Below, piece by piece: positions 61,958-64,000 of a DNA stretch of 64,000 nucleotides. The notes beneath the pieces were generated by a model. That model was not told the DNA's origin, searched no databases, and was given only the letters and a program-made list of their open reading frames with translations. Numbering within the stretch: position 1 is the first letter of the stretch; each line of letters opens with the position of its first letter. Origin of the DNA: an uncultured beta proteobacterium (lineage in GTDB: Bacteria; Pseudomonadota; Gammaproteobacteria; Burkholderiales; Casimicrobiaceae); contig CAWJAU010000007.1 in NCBI GenBank assembly GCA_963840945.1, positions 21,648-85,647 on the forward strand. Reading direction: 5' to 3'. A program made the translations under genes and the position numbers.

Positions 61958-62497
61958 TCACTGAATCACCTCGTCCGCGCGCAGCAGCAGAATCTGCGGA
62001 ATCGTCAGGCCGAGCGCCTTGGCCGACTTGAGATTGATCACGAGCATTGAACCGCGTCGGCTGCTCGATGGAAGGCTCGCCCGGCTTGGCGCCCTATCAA
62101 GATCGGCGGTCGATGTAGCGCGCGGACGAGGTCGCGCGTAATCGTCGCGCGCTGATCGCAAAGGCGACTTCGTCGCCTGCGTGAGAGCGCGAGTGGCGGG
62201 CACCGTTTGGACGAGAATCAGGTCGGGAGCCTCGGCGACGAGGTCACTTGCCAACGACGGCAGGCGGGTGTTGTCGCCGCCCGTTATTCGCGGCTCGAGC
62301 AAGAGGATGTCCCGACCGTCGGTCCAACCTAGCTTTTCCAGCTCAGGTCGCAGAAAGCAGAGAAACCTCGATGTCGGCGCGGGGAAGCCGGAGAGAAAAC
62401 CGATACGACGCGGCGTTGCCTGGCCCTGGGCCCACGGGTGCGGGGACAGCCCGAGCAGAATGCCGCCGGTTGTGGCAACGAAGGTCCGACGGTCCAT
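61958..62497 (-). pseudogene. ABC-transporter substrate-binding protein (PF04392-like), internally deleted and frame-disrupted
   Basis: The N-terminus is 'MDRRTFVATTGGILLG..RRIGFLSGF..LGWTDGRDILLL..PDLILVQTVPATRALTQATKS'. The C-terminal 'AKPGE.SIEQPTRF..LVINLKSAKALGLTIPQILLLRADEVIQ' is present. The central ~150 residues expected for this family are missing, and 'YIDRRS**GAKPG' shows a further indel. Confidence 0.6.
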
Positions 62498-63055
62498 TCG
62501 CCCATGGTACGCCTTCCGGCAGGCCTCAGCGTCCCGGGCTGGAGAGTCGATGGGGCAGCGAACCCTGGAAGCGCCTTCCCCTACAGGGATTGTCGGCATT
62601 GCCCTACATCTTCCCGGCGCTTCCCTATAAGTTGACGAGATGAGATCTCGCCGGGCAGGTGGCCGGTAATGACCCTTGCATTGAACGCGGTGAGGCGGGC
62701 CTATCGAATTTACATCGTTGAGGATTCGGCTATTCATGCGACTGTTGGTCGAGATGTTGGGCGGTATCTCCGGCGCCGTAATTGTCGGACATTCGGGTCA
62801 CGCCGAGCAGCGCACAGAAAACGCGCGACGCCTGTGCCGCTATCGAAGAGGGCGTGACTGGCATTGAGGTCGATCCTGCAGATTTCCGTGGCTGCCGGCG
62901 GCGGGCCCATTCCGGCCGATGTAAAGAAGCAACTGGATGCCACGTGAAGTGAACACGCTATTCACTGGGTAGTCCTTGCCTGGCGTTCCACACTTGTCTT
63001 GACCGCGGGAGTTGCGGTACCGTGTTTTCGCGTTCTCCAACGAGGAGCGGCGAAA

Positions 63056-63652
63056 ATGCCCGATCAAAGCCCTGCGCATCCCAACATCGCGTCCGTGGAG
63101 CAGCGGGTTGCGGCAGTCGAGGCCGCATTCGACGAGCGCGGCCTGGCGCCCGGCGAAGTCATCGCGGAGTTCCAGCACACCGTCGATGAGCAATGGGTTC
63201 CACAAAACGGCGCGCGCGTCGTCGCCAAGGCGTGGACCGATCCGGAGTTTCGCCGGCGCCTGCTCGCGAACGGCCGCGACGCTGTTGCCGAGTTGGGATT
63301 CACGCTGCCGCGCCATCACCGGCATCTCGTGGTGCTCGAGAACACCCCGACGGTTCAGAACGTCATCTGCTGCACGCTCTGTTCCTGCACGGCCTTCACA
63401 ATCATTGGCCTGCCGCCGGACTGGTACAAGGATCTGGAGTATCGCTCGCGGATCGTGCGGCAGTCGCGGACGGTCCTTCGGGAAATGGGCCTCGACCTGC
63501 CGCCGGAGGTTGAGATCCGCGTCTGGGATACCACCGCCGACACCCGCTATATGGTGTTGCCGGTACAGCCACCCGAAACCATCGGATGGCCCGAAGAAAA
63601 GCTGGCGCAGATCGTCACGCGGGATTCGATGATCGGCGTTGCGCGCCTGTAG
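63056..63652 (+). CDS. nthA: Nitrile hydratase alpha subunit, cobalt type
   Basis: The metal-site signature 'CTLCSC' has Thr, which marks the Co type. It is flanked by 'NTPTVQNVICCTLCSCTAFTIIGLPPDWYK' and 'RVWDTTADTRYMVLP'. Confidence 0.9.
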   Translation: MPDQSPAHPNIASVEQRVAAVEAAFDERGLAPGEVIAEFQHTVDEQWVPQNGARVVAKAWTDPEFRRRLLANGRDAVAELGFTLPRHHRHLVVLENTPTVQNVICCTLCSCTAFTIIGLPPDWYKDLEYRSRIVRQSRTVLREMGLDLPPEVEIRVWDTTADTRYMVLPVQPPETIGWPEEKLAQIVTRDSMIGVARL

Positions 63653-63662
63653 GAGAACCCAA

Positions 63663-64000
63663 ATGGATGGCATTCATGACCTCGGCGGCAAGCAGGGATT
63701 CGGCGTGGTTCGGTATTTGCCGGACGCCAAGGCCTTTCATGCGCCCTGGGAGGTGCGCGTCAACGCCCTGTATGCCTTGGCGGTCAAGCGCGGCATCTTC
63801 AACATGGATGAATACCGTCACGCGATCGAGCGCATGGAGCCGCGCCATTATCTGACGGCGAGCTACTACGAGCGGTCCCTCACCAGCCTCGCCACGCTTT
63901 GCGTCGAGAAGGGCATCTTGTCCCTCGAGGAGCTGGAGCAGCGTGCCGATGGACAATTCCCTCTCGCCGCGCCGAGCGCACCAGGACGGACGAACGTCGG
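63663..64000 (+). CDS. nthB: Nitrile hydratase beta subunit (3'-partial at window edge)
   Basis: 'MDGIHDLGGKQGFG..FHAPWEVRVNALYALAVKRGIFNMDEYRHAIERMEP..YYERSL' is the typical NHase beta N-terminus. Confidence 0.88.
   Translation, partial: MDGIHDLGGKQGFGVVRYLPDAKAFHAPWEVRVNALYALAVKRGIFNMDEYRHAIERMEPRHYLTASYYERSLTSLATLCVEKGILSLEELEQRADGQFPLAAPSAPGRTNV

Overview
This is a 64-kb, high-GC (roughly 65% by eye) proteobacterial chromosomal segment that looks like accessory or metabolic-island DNA. I support about 55 protein-coding loci. I found no rRNA, tRNA, CRISPR array, transposase or integrase.

Gene content:
- Aromatic and acyl-CoA catabolism: family III CoA-transferases, tannase/feruloyl esterase, pobA, an aryl-AMP/CoA ligase with an FAD monooxygenase, and an amidohydrolase.
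- Two paralogous (2Fe-2S)+molybdopterin hydroxylase pairs. One carries a dihaem cytochrome c.
- cysH, aroE, selO, a RidA protein, a class V aminotransferase, and a Co-type nitrile hydratase that runs off the 3' edge.
- Orphan periplasmic binding proteins and a TRAP dctQM pair with no dctP.
- An unusually dense set of nucleotide second-messenger genes: a membrane class III cyclase, a DUF3095 protein, a cyclase-STAND-TPR gene, a 1375-aa PAS/GAF/GGDEF/EAL sensor, a DUF2652 remnant, a cNMP-binding thioredoxin-reductase-like gene and a Crp/Fnr regulator.

Two properties apply across the window:
1. About 17 loci have broken reading frames, roughly 30 events by my reading. Most sit at short homopolymers. 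They are strongly clustered: three genes carry 4-5 each, while ORFs of 4.1 and 2.2 kb are intact.
2. Several loci are clean truncations: N-terminal stubs of a CoA-transferase, an aldo-keto reductase, a Gfo/Idh/MocA protein and a cyclase, plus an internally deleted binding protein.

Most interesting loci:
- 34469-38437: a compact four-gene cassette. It encodes a free-standing copy of a subtilase pro-region, an S8 protease with a Lys/Glu/Asp/Thr repeat tail, and two MdnB/MdnC-like ATP-grasp proteins, one of them degenerate. I read it as a possible protease-linked graspetide-type side-chain cross-linking system.
- 18904-27546: a cyclase-STAND gene whose N-terminal 60 codons lie 6.2 kb upstream of the rest. 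The two parts are separated by a block carrying the GGDEF/EAL sensor and a start-less dctQ-dctM.
- 18139-18892: a tandemly duplicated small-ORF module with a conserved leader.

All calls rest on motif recognition in the supplied translations. No searches were run.
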